Origin: Octopus vulgaris
Taxonomy: Eukaryota
Length of the DNA stretch: 64,000 bases
Direction: 5' to 3'
Assembly: GCA_951406725.2 (NCBI GenBank)
Contig: OX597837.1
Location: 4,774,001-4,838,000 of the forward strand
Part shown: in pieces, positions 27,281-40,633 of the stretch
How positions within the stretch are numbered: position 1 is the stretch's first letter
Layout: the number at the start of each line of letters is the position of its first letter
The notes under the pieces: model-generated
Seen by the model: only the letters and a program-made list of their open reading frames with translations
Told to the model about the DNA's origin: nothing
Database searches by the model: none
Program-made: the position numbers and the translations under genes

Positions 27281-29007
27281 GTAATAATAATAAAAATAAT
27301 AAAAATAGATACAGTTAAGTTATCACCAAGTCCATCCTTCCAAGATCGAAATAACTATGAGTTAAGAAATGCTGACCACTAGGTAAAGAAAATTTAGATT
27401 AATTCGATTGGCTATTGGTTTGAAATTTAAATCACAAAAGAAAATTATACGGTTGGTTAGTCAGGGAACGCCAATATTCACACACGCATCTACAGATCAA
27501 TCGCACATACACACATAGTTATATGTATATACATACACTTGTACATATACATAATCATAAGCAACAACTAACACTTAGATAAACAAATAGGGAAGCAACC
27601 ATGCTAACACTAAGTCCTTCAAAATTATAACTGAGCCTCAATAACAAAAAAAGAACCATCCATGCATTCTATAAAATATTTAATTAAGATATAAATGTAT
27701 TTTTAAATATCAGTATGTTACTAATTCAGATAATTATTTCATGGGTAACTTAAAATTTGTAACACCGGTTTGTTGCAGAGTAAACATACGGTTGTTAGGT
27801 TTATCGTAAGTTTGTTATGATTTAAAGTACGCTAAATTATAAAATATAAAATATAAAATATATTAATTTAGATATTATAAATAAGTCACTTATTAACTTA
27901 ATAAATATAGTGCCAAAATATACCAGTTTAGGCAATAAAAAATAGAGGGGGAAGTATTAATGTAAACGCTTATGAGAACATCACAGAAATTTTAAATAAA
28001 TTTTATATTATAAAGACTTAATATGAAAAGAGATAAAATAAATAAAAAGGAATAAATACGAAGGAATAAATACGGTTATACACATAATTATAAGTACAAA
28101 CTAGTATATATGTATTCATATATTATTAAAATAAATAAAAATAAATGATAGATATGTATGTATAAAACTACACCAGTATAAGTAAATAAGTAAAGAATAA
28201 ATAGGTAACAAATTAAATGACTTGATATGTATGTAAACATCCACACTTAAATAGGCAAATAAATAAATAAATAGAAGACTAGATGCAAATATTGATAATA
28301 TTACAATAAAATGGGAAATAAATAAAAATAAATAAAGTGAATATATATATTTTATATTGTTGAAAGTAAATATGTATGGAAGGATAGTTTAAAGTACAGA
28401 TCCAGAGGACTATAGATATAAACTAAATATATGAGGCTGGTAACAATTATAAAGCAAAATGCATGTAAATGAGAAAATGAAAAAAATGAAAAAGGTTTAT
28501 CAGTGAATAACATAAGATACAAATTAAGGTGAGTACAAAAAGACCAAATATATAATAAAAACCTTCCAAATCAGCACATACAAAAAACCCATAATCTCAA
28601 CCTAAACCCACCAAACTCACAAAAGGCTCTCATATATTACATATTATACAATATCATTACATTATCCAGAGCTAGGTATCTAACCAAGATATACATATAT
28701 ACTTTGCAATATACTATGCAATATTGGAAAACTTCAAAAATCACACATTACAAGGCAAATACCAAAATGAATATGTTATTTTATGTCATATTGCATTTCT
28801 CTTAAAAAAAACAAACAAAAACCCACATACAAAAACCAAGAAACCAATAATACTAGACACATCCAATTAGTTATTATACAAATGTAGCTATAAAAATTAT
28901 AAAATTATGAAATTTATAAAATGTATACTTTAGAATTATAGAAGACCACAGGTATATTTAGTTAAAGAAGGGAATTAAAAAATTGATAATAGTGGAAGTG
29001 CTAAGTT

Positions 29008-29907
29008 CTATTTGAATCTAGAAAAGGTGAACGGTAGCCTATGAATACAAAAGAAGCTTTTCTCATTAATGTTATTAATAATTTGCCGACCCGCTTTAAT
29101 AATGAAGAAAATTTCATTAATACATAGAGAGCATTTTTTATTTTTTCCATTATACACAGGTGCTGAAGTTAGTATTTTCCAGTTTAATCTAAAATCTAAG
29201 TTCTTACTTTTAAGTTCCCAAATATATGCACTTAGCCCTGTAGAGTACATTCTATTTTTATTCCTAAAAGTATATCTATGATAATTCCATCTTTGTTTTA
29301 TGCTATTCATAGTTGCCCCGATATACACTCTACTACTCAATTGTGTATCTACAGTGCATTGGTAAACTACCTCCTTCCTGAGGCATTGATTACCAAATAC
29401 ACATTTATTTTTATTTCTGCAATTACAAAGATTAACAGAATGAGGAAATCTAAGATTGGACACCACCCCTGTACTACTATTCACATTATAAGTGTTACAA
29501 TTGTTATCATCATCCAAACCCAAAATCAACGAATGAGTTAATTCCACATTATCGGCTATATTCCTATCACTAGTACTAGTATTGGTAGTAGTGGTATGAT
29601 CTATTACATTTATATTATCTCTGACAGGTATGGTGCACTCATTATTAGTAAGGAGGTTGCTCCCATTTGTTCCAAGAAAATTTCTATTCCTATTATTAAT
29701 GAAGAGGGGCAAGTTTTCCTGGTCTAAATTCAATTTTCTATCCTTATAGAAGTGATCCAGTTTCTTGTTATTAAAAGAGGAGATGATGGTGGCTAGATTA
29801 TGAGTAATGCTATATCCCACTCTAACAGTACCGTTGTTAATTAAAGGACTAAATTTATTCCTATCCTTACCAAAATGCCTAAAAATAATATTATGCAAAG
29901 CTCTCAC
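29008..29907 (-). CDS. PLE C-terminal region: linker, Cys knuckle and GIY-YIG endonuclease (5'-truncated, open 299 aa)
   Basis: [19 protein letters not shown]...[33 protein letters not shown]...CIH. Confidence 0.8.
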   Translation of the reverse strand: MRALHNIIFRHFGKDRNKFSPLINNGTVRVGYSITHNLATIISSFNNKKLDHFYKDRKLNLDQENLPLFINNRNRNFLGTNGSNLLTNNECTIPVRDNINVIDHTTTTNTSTSDRNIADNVELTHSLILGLDDDNNCNTYNVNSSTGVVSNLRFPHSVNLCNCRNKNKCVFGNQCLRKEVVYQCTVDTQLSSRVYIGATMNSIKQRWNYHRYTFRNKNRMYSTGLSAYIWELKSKNLDFRLNWKILTSAPVYNGKNKKCSLCINEIFFIIKAGRQIINNINEKSFFCIHRLPFTFSRFK

Positions 29908-29915
29908 TATGTTTG

Positions 29916-30155
<240 letters not shown>

Positions 30156-30916
30156 CTCTTCGGCGTCAAGAGACTCAGCGCTTTCAGACATTCTCGGTAA
30201 ATAAGACTTTTAACCGAAGGTATTCTACCAGTGAACGTTCCTTGAAACCCTTCAATTTCTTCGATGCGACCGGATGAGTTAGAAGATTAAAATTGTAAGC
30301 AGTAATATAAACTGCTCAGAACTAGGGTTGTCCCCTAAAAATAAAACTAACTACTGGTTTCCTTGTCATGAATGTTCGTAGGATGTAGCGTATGAGTTTG
30401 CTGCATTGAAATGTTAGTTTGATAATATTGCTGATGGAAAATGCATATGAATGGATTAATTTATAATTCATACAAGTGAGTTATATAATTTATATCATAC
30501 ACATTAATACATGCATGTAAAAGAATTTATTATGCATTTATCATACTCTAAAATAGTTTTTATATGAAAATGGCTGCAAAACGAACGTCATTGTATGGAT
30601 GTCAATTAGCGAAATAATTTTTTTCATCTTAGACCTCCTCGCTTCATATTTTATACACTCCTAATATAATCACTGGATTTTCTGCATTTCATCTGCATCA
30701 GACTATTCATTGCATCCCTGTGTTTTGTTTTGGTTTACTTCGTGGCTTTTAGCCTGATCCATTAAGGAGCTTTTCATGAGTACCACCGAATTAGTCAAAC
30801 GAATGTTTTGTCCATTAAATTTATTCTGTTCTATTTATTTATTTCCTGAGTGCTTTAAGTGGGAAGTTCATACTGTTTAGAGAATACATATTGATGAACC
30901 GCTGAAAGATATTCTT

Positions 30917-31450
30917 AGGCGTGGCGGTGTGGTAAGAAGGTTGCTTCTCAACCACGTGTGAGGTACCATGGGCAAATGTCCTCTAATGTAGCCTTGGGCC
31001 GAACAAAGCCTCGTGAGTGGATTTGTTAGATAGAAACTGAAAGAAACTGAAGGCGGCGAGAGGTGGCAGAGTGGTTAGCGCGCCGGGAGAAATGCTTAGC
31101 GGTATTTCGTCTGCCGTTACGTTCTAAGTTCAAATTCCGCCGAGGTCGACTTTGCCTTTCATCCTTTCGAGGTCGATAAATTAAGTACCAGTTACGCACT
31201 GGGGTCGATATGATCGACTTAATCCATTTGTCTGTACTTGTTCTTCCCCTCTGTGTTTAGCTCCTTGTGGGTAGTAAAGAAATAGCTATTTCGTCTGCCG
31301 TTACGTTCTAAGTTCAAATTCCTCCGAGGTCGACTTTGCCTTTCGTCCTTTCGGGATCGATTAATTAAATACCAGTTGCGTACTGGGGTCGATCTAATCG
31401 TCTGGTCCTCTCCCAAAATCTTTCGGGCCTTGTGCCTCGAGTAGAAGAGA
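30917..31450 (+). mobile_element. SINE A head followed by dimeric SINE B (31050-31450)
   Basis: Homology to other copies. The second B unit starts at about 31284 and ends in the alternative tail. Confidence 0.8.
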
Positions 31451-31679
31451 ACATGCTACCAGACAGCAGTCTACAGTAATTATTCTCAAAGGCACCACTG
31501 ACCACAATCTTTTATATCAATGCCGAATACGTGTGTATATATATATATGTGTGTGTGTATATAAATCAGGCTGAACCCGGGTACAGCTCTCCGGCTTACC
31601 ACTTTCAGTCAAATACTGTAACCCATGCCAGTAGGGAAACCAGACGCTAAATGATGATATGTATTTATTTAATGTTGAT

Positions 31680-32470
31680 AAACAAGGACATAATATTGTG
31701 AAATCACTTGAGAATAGAAGAGAACCTTTCCAACCAAGACCTCCTCGTATAAATCTTAAACATCATAAACAAAATTTTATAAGTAACCCTGTTAGATTGA
31801 TTTGCCCAACTAAGTCGGATATTGGAAAGATAAGTAAACTCATTATAGATAGAATTGTACCTACACTTAAGAGGAAAATATCGATTAACTTATGGTCTAA
31901 TGTTATAGAAGTAATTAACTGGTTTAATAATAATCGTATTAATGATAAAATAAATATTAAATTCCCAAAAATCGATATTGATTTCTATACTTCTATCTAC
32001 TCTATACTTCTTAACGAAGCCCTTATCTTTGTTATGAAAAATTCTAATCTTACCAGAAATTATATAGATATCATCCTAGCAGCAAGGAGAACTATTATTA
32101 AATTTAATTATAAACTCTGGACGAGAAAGAATAGACAAAGCAACTTCGATATTACCAAGGGATCAAATGACTCTGCACAAATCACTGATCTTGTAGGCAT
32201 TCACTTATTATAATACATTAAAGATGAATTTCAGAGCTTTAATGACGGTCTTTATAGATATGATTCTTTACTGGTTTTACATAACGCCAGTAATGCAGAA
32301 TATATTAGATAAAAAAAATTTACCAGATACTTTAAGAATGTAGGATTATCTATTATATTTGATGATTTCCTAGATGTCACTTTAGATCTCTCTACTGGTT
32401 TTTATAAACCTTTCCACAAGGCAAATCAGACTCTTAATTATGTTAATCGTTTCTCCAGCCATTCAAAGGC
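31680..32470 (+). pseudogene. PLE reverse transcriptase fragment (Nematis-like lineage)
   Basis: RLICPTKSDIGKISK, IDIDFYTSI, KGSNDSAQITDLVG*, GLYRYD (GLYRDD-like), FLDVTLDLSTGFYKPFHKAN. Confidence 0.85.
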
Positions 32471-32933
32471 TATATCTATTTATCTATCTGTTACATATAT
32501 ATATATATATATAGTTGAAATATAAATATATACAAGGAAAAAAGATACTGAATATTCAATATACACCATGTGGCAAAATTATGAGTTGAAAATATGTGGA
32601 AAACACACACACACACATATATACATAGGGCATATCTTCAGAATAGAATCATTTTTATTAATCTCATTAACCTTTTTACGTATAGATATCAGGATTATTA
32701 TTATTAAGACTATATTCTGGGAGAAATATTCATTTCTCTTTATAGGCGCAGGTGTGGCTGTGTGGCAGAGAGCTTGCTTCTCAACCACTTGATTCCGGAT
32801 TCAGACCCGCTGCGTGGTACCTTGAGCTACTTATTCTATCCATTCCTTTTTGCCGAACCGCTAAGTTACAGAAAGGTAAACACAGCAGCGACGATTGTTT
32901 AGCGGTAGTGGAGGATAAACACAGACTCAAAGG

Positions 32934-32996
<63 letters not shown>

Positions 32997-33382
32997 GGAC
33001 GTAAACTTATAGCGGTCAGTCATACATATATGTAGTGGTAGGCGGGGTCTTTGTGCCTGTATTTATCCTCCATTGCTGTTTGACAACCAGTGCTGGTTTG
33101 TTTACGACCCTGCTGCTCAGCAGGTCAGCAAGAATAAGAACTATTGCGTATCCATCTGGCTAAAAATTCATCAAGGCATTGCTCCAGCATTGATGTAGTC
33201 CAATAACTGAAACAGGCGATAGGTGAGAAATATGGGCGTTACTGGTTACAAAGTTCGACCGAGAAAAGTTTCAACATTGCAAACGATTTCTCAACAGAAT
33301 TATATGTAAGTCTATGCATGTTAATATGTAGACACGCACATGAGGGTGTGGTTGTGTATTTATAACTGTGTGTGTGTGTATT

Positions 33383-33422
<40 letters not shown>

Positions 33423-33654
33423 TACTTATATATGCATATATATATATGCATATATACATATATATATATACATATATACATATATATACACACATATATA
33501 TATATACATATATACATATATATACACACATATATATACATACATATATATATATAGGCACAGGTGTGGCTATATACACACACACACTCACACACATATG
33601 TACGTATGTATGTATCAATGTATTTATGTGAAATTTCGTGTATATATAATATAT

Positions 33655-33960
33655 CACTTGATATATCACTTGACCGACCAGACCATCAGATGTTTTACAC
33701 ATCGCTGGTCACAATGCGTTCGCATTGTTTTAGCCTTCGAACGACGCCAACCCGCTGGCTAAGCGAGCAGGCCAACAGAAGAAAGAGAGAGAGAAAGAGT
33801 GGTGAAAGAGTACATCAGGGATCACCACCCCCTGCCGGAGCCTCGTGGAGCTTTTAGGTGTTTTCGCTCAATAAATACTCACAACGCCCGGTCTGAGAAA
33901 CGAAACCGCGATCCTACGACCGCGAGTCTGCTGCCCTAACCACTAGGCCATTGCGCCTCT
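33655..33960 (-). mobile_element. SINE family C'
   Basis: Reverse complement of 22345-22637. Confidence 0.85.
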
Positions 33961-34099
33961 ACTTATATAATATATATACGTATATATAATATATATACGT
34001 ATACATATATATATATATGCATATATATATATTGTACGTGTGTATATATACATATATCTGTATGTATATATGTAAGTATATATATATAAATATATATAA

Positions 34100-34143
<44 letters not shown>

Positions 34144-34409
34144 TTCTTTTATTTATTTCATGGTTTTCAGCCAGAGGTTGAGGCCATACTGGTGCACCCC
34201 CTTTATATATAAATATATCCTGTTTCCTTTCTTTTGTGCTAATACTATCATTTTCCTTCAGACTCAGACGTATTTCTCCATACCAATTAAAAACAAGAAT
34301 ATTTCACACACCATTATAATATCATTATCAACATATATTTCCGTCCTTTCCTCTACAATTTCCTTTATTCGGCGACCGTTTATTTAGAGATAGCATCGAT
34401 ATATATATA

Positions 34410-35019
34410 TAAGAAAATTTCGCCGCTGAAGAAGGCGAATATCGAAAGGAAAATTTGCTTCCAAAATGTCAGTTTTCGCTCTTCTATTTAAACATTACGT
34501 TGCTCTTCCTCGCTTCTGTGTTTCTCTGTGATTGCTTGTTTGTTTGTTTGTTTGTTTTTCTTTTATATATTTTCGCCCTGCGAAAATAAGAATGTCTTTC
34601 ATAGATTTTCGCGTTTTGTTCATAGAATTGATGGAAAGAGCAGCATGTATTCGAATGGTATGGTCTACAACGAAGCGAAGTTATTTCAGCAACAATGCCA
34701 AAAGATACGTGCGTATATATATATATAGGCTCGAAACGTAAAAGACTTTTTCGATTCCTGAGCGTTATACTAATACATCTGTTTGTTTTGTACACCACCT
34801 GTCTTCGTCTTTTGTTTTTTTCGTGAATTCTCCCTATATATATGAGAGGTATTGCTCTCTCAAAACGCCTTTTTCAGATGGCCAGATAACCGAAGAGATG
34901 GTGTTGTGGATTTTCACCTCGGCATCCGAAAATTGTCACATTATTTTACAGATAAATTTCCTCTATTTACATAATATTGAGGTATCTTTCTTTCTTTTGT
35001 TATCTTACCGTTTTTACCA
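34410..35019 (+). mobile_element. Stack of short TA-separated PLE terminal fragments
   Basis: 34411-34563 (degenerate HHR 34424-34473), 34726-34834 (H1, begins inside the HHR), and 34845-35019 (CCGAAGA HHR with its cleavage site deleted). Confidence 0.65.
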
Positions 35020-35316
35020 ATATATATATATATATATGTTTTAATCCTTTCTGTTTTCCTCGCATACTGTTTTTCTCTATTATCTTGGTGCGGTACGGTG
35101 GATAAATTTAAGACTTTAGCTCTTATTTCTAGCAAGTGGATGCTTGTTAAGCATCCTTACGCTTCGTACAAATGTAGAATTCATAGCTATTTAATGCTAT
35201 TGCGCCTGCGATCCACCCATGTCACTGCTGGTGATATCATCGATTTTAAAATTTATCCACAGATGATATGAACAGTAGTGACATCTGATTTCAAATCTAA
35301 GTGTTTGAATGTTTTG

Positions 35317-35381
<65 letters not shown>

Positions 35382-35394
35382 TAACCGGTGTTGT

Positions 35395-35642
35395 TCAAAC
35401 GATGAATAGCTTTGCGTAACCATGCTCCGTTTTGTTCTCTTACTTTATCATCATCTTATAATCATCTCATAATAATGACTTTTATGACTCGTATTACTAC
35501 CTCATTCAATCTGAATGTATATATTTGTCACTACCTGTCATAAATAGCCTTTTTTATTTGCAATGTGCATTTTCGTTGATTTTTCATATTTTACCGTTAC
35601 ATTTCCACGTGTATTATATATTTTCTTTTCGTAACATATTTC

Positions 35643-35646
<4 letters not shown>
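35395..35646 (+). mobile_element. TA-flanked repeat of about 250 bp; inverted homologue at 42442-42684
   Basis: Reverse-complement match between the two loci; both are bounded by (TA)n. Confidence 0.75.
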
Positions 35647-35711
<65 letters not shown>

Positions 35712-35811
35712 ATAAGATTAGCTCGTATACGAGTGGGTATATATTTGTAAAAAATGAAGTTCGAAAATGCTGCTATATTAGACTAATTTTTAATTTTTAT
35801 ATATACATTAT

Positions 35812-35848
35812 AACATGTTTCGGTTCTTGAAATGATGAACCTTATCAA
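35812..35848 (-). ncRNA. Hammerhead motif, U3-A8 core variant, at the PLE 3' end
   Basis: TTGATAA-GGTTC-atcatttcaa-GAACC-GAAAC-AT-GTT; stem I is weak. Confidence 0.55.
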
Positions 35849-36194
35849 AAAAAGTTATATATAAAAAAAGATAGTTCATGCTATCAAATATAAAAAATTC
35901 ATTTATAACATACAATAGAGTCAGGCATCAAAAGTTCATATATAGTGAAGTGAGTTCGTTCATGCTATATGTTCAAAGAGTATGATGCAGTGGTTCATAG
36001 TGGTGATATGCATTCAATATAAAAGATAGATCAAAGTGGTGATATGCAGTCAATATAAAAAATTGATGTTCCTGAAGGAGCGAGGAATTCATTTTAGATT
36101 TTACCTTGAGTAACTGTGATGACTTTTGGTCGGTGTTCGCTGGATAGTTCTGGCGAACCTTGTGAATTGTTTGGGTTTTATATCACCTGTTAGG

Positions 36195-36480
36195 TGGTCA
36201 GTCCAGCGTAACGTGACGTCATCAACGTTTTGACCAACCGTTTCGTTAGGTGGCTTAGTCAAGCAGAACGGGACGTCATCAATATTCTGACCAATCCCGA
36301 CCTATAACTGTATTAGATCTGCCCCTTGTCTGTATCCTGTTGGGTGACTAGTCAAGCATAACGGGACGTCATCAATATTCTGACCAATCCCGGCCTATAG
36401 CTGTATTAGATCTGCCCCTTGTCTGTATCCTGTCCAGTCTAACAGAACGAGACGTCATCAACGTGTTGACCAATCAGAAT
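36195..36480. repeat. Four GACGTCATCAA...TGACCAA modules (CRE-like plus CCAAT) in the PLE 3' region
   Basis: Copies at about 36214, 36270, 36364 and 36450; two about 94-bp units are nearly identical. Confidence 0.75.
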
Positions 36481-36665
36481 CGGGTCTGACCCTTAGCTGT
36501 ATCGTATGTGGCCAGTCCATCAGGGTTAGATCTGTTCGAAGAGATCTTTTTATAAATTTTTTTCCCTTTTTCCCTAAGGCATATTTCCGTCAGTGTGAGT
36601 GACTGTTTAAGGTAGCGGCCGTGGTGGAATTTTGCTTCTCCTTTTCGGAGGACCAATCTTTTGTT

Positions 36666-38963
36666 TTAATATTCCTGGCCCAAGGTGTTTAAACTTGGTC
36701 TAAATTTTTTGATGAAATACAGTTCTTTATTTTGGCGTTGCGTGAAGGTTGCGTTGTCACTGAATTTATAAAGTGGGTAAGTTGTAAATTTCGGATTTAC
36801 ATTTCCAGCACATCTATCTATGTGTCCGCTGACCGGTATTTTCCGGTATTCAGGGTTTCTAATTTGTGATTTATGCACCGCCATCCTGTTACGTAAGCTA
36901 TTTTTTGTATGGCCTATATACTGCCTATTGCAGCCTGCGCATGTTATGACGTAAATTAAGTTTTCTGATGCGCAGGTGAAGTTTGCTCTAATGGTGAACT
37001 GGTGGCCTTGTTCTAGTATAAATTCTGAAACTTCTATCAAGATGACACAGATTCCGCAGTTGGGCCTTCCACATTTTCTAACTGCTGGTTTTGTGGTTGA
37101 TGTTGAGTGCAGTTTAGCTTGGGTTAAAATCCTTTTCAAGGATTTTGATTGCCGTTTACTTTTAATGATGGTGTGTGTTTCGAGGATCCGGTTCATCTTT
37201 GGGTCTCCCTTTAGTAGGGCTGTGCTTTGTAGTATGGTGCTGAAGGCCTCATTGTTGAGTGGGTTGTGTGTAGAGATGTAGGGAAGGGTTTTTAATTGTT
37301 CTTTCTTTTTTGGTTTTGTTTGTCTCAGGTCTTCTACACTTAATTTGAGTGCCCTTTGGATTGCACTGTCTATTAGGGGCTGTGGATAGTTTCTATTTGT
37401 GAGTGTGATTCTAAGTTCCTGGAGGCGTGTGTGTCGGGTGTTTGTGTCTGATATTATGGTGCAGATCCTTCTAGCTAAACAAAAAGGGACATTTATTCTT
37501 GTGTGTCGTGGGTGGCATGAATCAAAGGGTAGGTATTATTTGGAGTCTGTCGGTTTATAGTAGATATCTGTCTCTATTTTTTTGCCGGTTTTTTTAATGA
37601 GGATGTCTAAAAATGGTAATTCATTTTCGTTGTGGTCCATCGTGAATTGTATATTATCATTTATTCCATTTAATAGTATTTTAAATTCCTCAAGTTTCTC
37701 TATACCTTTGTCCCAGATGATGAAACAGTCATCGAGGTATCTTTTCCAGTTGTTATGGATATAGGTGGCGAAGGTGTTTCCAAATTTCTCGAGTGTTATC
37801 TGGTAGAGTATTTTCTCGAGGTATCCCATCACTAGGTTGACAAAAGATGGTGCAGTACGCGTGCCCATCGCTGTTCCCGATCTTTGTCTGTAGAAATTAT
37901 TGTCAAAAATAAAATAATTGTTCTCTAAAATAAATCTAAGTCCTTCTATTATAAGGTCTTTGTTTATGCGAGTTGGGAGTTCAAAGGGGTAGTTATTCAG
38001 CCAGAAGGTGATTGCTTCTATTCCTAGGTTGTGAGGGATGTTAGAATAAAGATTAACTACGTCGAATGATACTAGAAGGGTTTTCTCATTGACTGTTTTG
38101 GGGAGGTGGTTGAGCATATCTATATCGTCTCTTACGTAGCTTTTGATGTGTTTTAGGAAAGGTTTAAGAAGTGTGTCTAAGAAATTGCTGAGGCGGTGAG
38201 TCTCACATGCTGGCCCTGCTATTATCGGTCTAAGTTTAAGATCATTTGGTGAAGGGATTTTGATGAGTGTGTCGGTGGATGTTTTGCACGTTTCTCTAAT
38301 TATTTGGCTTTTGTGTACTTTAGGGATACCATAGAACAAACTCGATTTGCATTTGAAGTTAGTGATGTATTCATACTCCTTGTCCGTGAGTCCTTCTCGG
38401 TATGTGTTGATTAATGTCCTAAGGTTATGCATTATTTTTTGCTGATTATACTGTTGGGCCCTTTCATAATACGTTTCATCTCTTAATAGGGATAGCACTA
38501 AATTTTTATAATCGTTTGTATTCATTATTACTATCGCGTTGCCCTTATCTGCCTCCTTAATTGTTTTTGCTTTGTCTTCTCTTAGTTTGATGAGGTCGTT
38601 CCATTCTCTTTTGTTGAAGTTAGGGCTGTGTTTTTGTTTCTTGATGAATTGAAACGGGAAATTAGTCATGTAGTCACAATAGCGATCTAAGGCTTTATTC
38701 TTTCCCTTGGTGGGGGTGTAATTGCTCTTGTTTCTAGCTATTGAATCCTCCTCTATTTGTTTGTCTTGAAATTCCTCGGTGAGTCTTAGTTTTCTGCAAA
38801 ATTCCGAAATATCATCTTTCATTTCATAGTAATTAGAACGTTGTGGGGTTGGTGTAAACTTAAGTCCTTTGGAGAGTATGCTTATTTCGTTAGGTGTAAG
38901 TTCTTTGTTTGAGAGATTGATTATCTTAATTACCTGAGGTTTCTTTTGTTTGTCCTTTGCCAT
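36666..38963 (-). pseudogene. PLE polyprotein (RT, CxxxxCxxC Zn finger, GIY-YIG EN), about 765 codons with one in-frame stop at 37536-37538
   Basis: LRPIIAG, SFDVVNLYSNIP, GTAMG, RYLDDCF, LPFLDI. After the stop, YLPFDSCHPRHT continues in frame (339 nt) into KCGRPNCGIC...NLIYVITCAGCNRQYIG. Confidence 0.92.
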
Positions 38964-39841
38964 CGTGTGTCCCTGTTCCTGTGTGTAAGGTCTAAAAAAT
39001 GGTTGGTGTAGTTATGTTCAAAACTACTATTTATCTGTCTCATGTTGTTATAATTGTCAGAGTGAGTTTGTGGTGCTCTGTTCTGAAGTGTGTTGTTGTA
39101 CCTAGTGTTCCGTCTTAGTTCATCAGGTATATTGTGTTGGTAGTTGTTTCCTCCGTAGTGCATTTGTTGTTTGTTAGGTTTGTATGGTTGGTTCCTGGGG
39201 TGGATGTTTGGTAGTAGCGTTTTAGTTTGGTTATGTGGATTGTATTTTATAGTATTGTATGTTGTGGCTCTTAGGTTCGTGAAATGGTGTGGTGGGCCTC
39301 TGTAAGTGTTTTGGGGTTGGTGTAGGTAGTGTGGGTGCGTTTTAAATGTATTTTTCTGGTGTAGAGTGTGTTTGGATTTCTTGGTGGTTGTTCTGCTCTG
39401 TTGGTATATCTATTTTCGAACTGGTGTGGTGGGCCTCTGTAGGTGTTTTGGGGTTGGTGTAGGTAGTGTGGGGTGTGTTTTAAGTGTATTTTTCTGGTGT
39501 AGAGTATGTTAGGATTTCTTGGTGGTTGTTCCGTTCTGTTGGTATTTGGTTTTGAGTTACTTAATTTTATGAAGGGGTTGTTGGATATGTGTTCATTTTT
39601 GAAGTTGGTTTCATAATCTAAAAACCAGATGGCGCTCTTTTCCCATCGTTGGAGGGACTTAAAGTTCCTCTTTTTCACATTCTTCATTCCATAGTGCTGG
39701 TAATGTTTCAGTATTGATGTCGTCTATTAGTTTGATGACTTCTTCGTTGATTTCCTCGTCTATGGTTTTTACTTTTTCTTCATTCGTCTTAGCTCTCAGC
39801 TTGAGTAGTTCTATTTTCATCTTCATTTTTTCTAATGACAT
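38930..39841 (-). pseudogene. Disrupted upstream ORF (ORF1-like) of the PLE
   Basis: E/K-rich helical segment, then an N/P/T/H-rich region with an about 120-bp tandem duplication. The last piece overlaps the RT ATG in another frame. Confidence 0.5.
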
Positions 39842-39911
39842 TTTTTCTCTAACTTAGAGAAAAAATGTCATTAGAAAAAATGAAGATGGAAATGAAGACA
39901 GCAACGTCCAC

Positions 39912-40237
39912 AACTGGCACTCCCGTCGGTTACGATGACGTGGGGTACCAGTTGATCCGATCAACGGAACACGTTGCCCTTGAAATTAACGCGCAAGTGG
40001 CTGAGCCCTCCGCAGACACACGGACCCATAACATAGTTTTCAGTGAGATTCGGTGTGATACAGGATGTGACAAGGCTGGCCATATGAAATACAGATACTA
40101 CTCGTTTTTGCCAGCTTAGTGAGCTGGAGCAGTGTGAAATAAAGTGTCTTGCTCAAGGACACAACGCGTTGCCGGGAATCGAACTCACGACCTTGCGATT
40201 GTGAGCCGAATACTCTAACCACTTAGCCAAGAGCCTT
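39912..40237 (-). mobile_element. tRNA-derived SINE family D (CORE-like centre, tail shared with family C)
   Basis: TGGCTAAGTGG, GAGTTCGATTCC, GTGTCCTTGAGCAAGACACTT; the tail matches 23370-23550. Head fragment also at 44095-44190. Confidence 0.8.
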
Positions 40238-40553
40238 CATGACGTCTACAACTGCAATAATATTAATCTGTATCGGCCCAAGGTGGCAGGCTTTTTAATG
40301 GAAAGACATTGATGTCGAAGTGAGGGAAGTCACTGGATAGAAAACTACCAGTTTTATTTAAGAAATCTTCCTTTGAATAAGCACATGAATGGCCGTGTGG
40401 TTAGGAAGTTCACTTTGCCACCTTATGGTTTGGTTACGAGTTCGGTCCCACTGTGCAGTACTTTGGGCAAGTGCCTTCTACAATAGCCTTGGAATGAAAT
40501 GACCAATTCTTTGTGGGTGAATTTGCTAGACGGTAACTGTAAGGAAGCCCTTC

Positions 40554-40630
<77 letters not shown>

Positions 40631-40633
<3 letters not shown>

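Larger units (their letters stand above)
35707..39852 (-). mobile_element. Neptune-type Penelope-like retroelement, about 4.15 kb, 5'-truncated, 3' end at (TA)n
   Basis: RT plus Zn finger plus GIY-YIG ORF, upstream ORF remnants, 3' region with tandem repeats and an HHR, and a 5' fold-back. Confidence 0.9.

Noticed and set aside
36195-36480. Repeat-spacer pattern resembling a CRISPR array
   Set aside because: The spacers are themselves duplicated, the context is a eukaryotic retroelement, and there are no cas genes.
39865-40119. Plus-strand ORF starting MSLEKMKM, like the minus-strand ORF at 39841
   Set aside because: Artefact of the 40-bp fold-back running into an antisense SINE.
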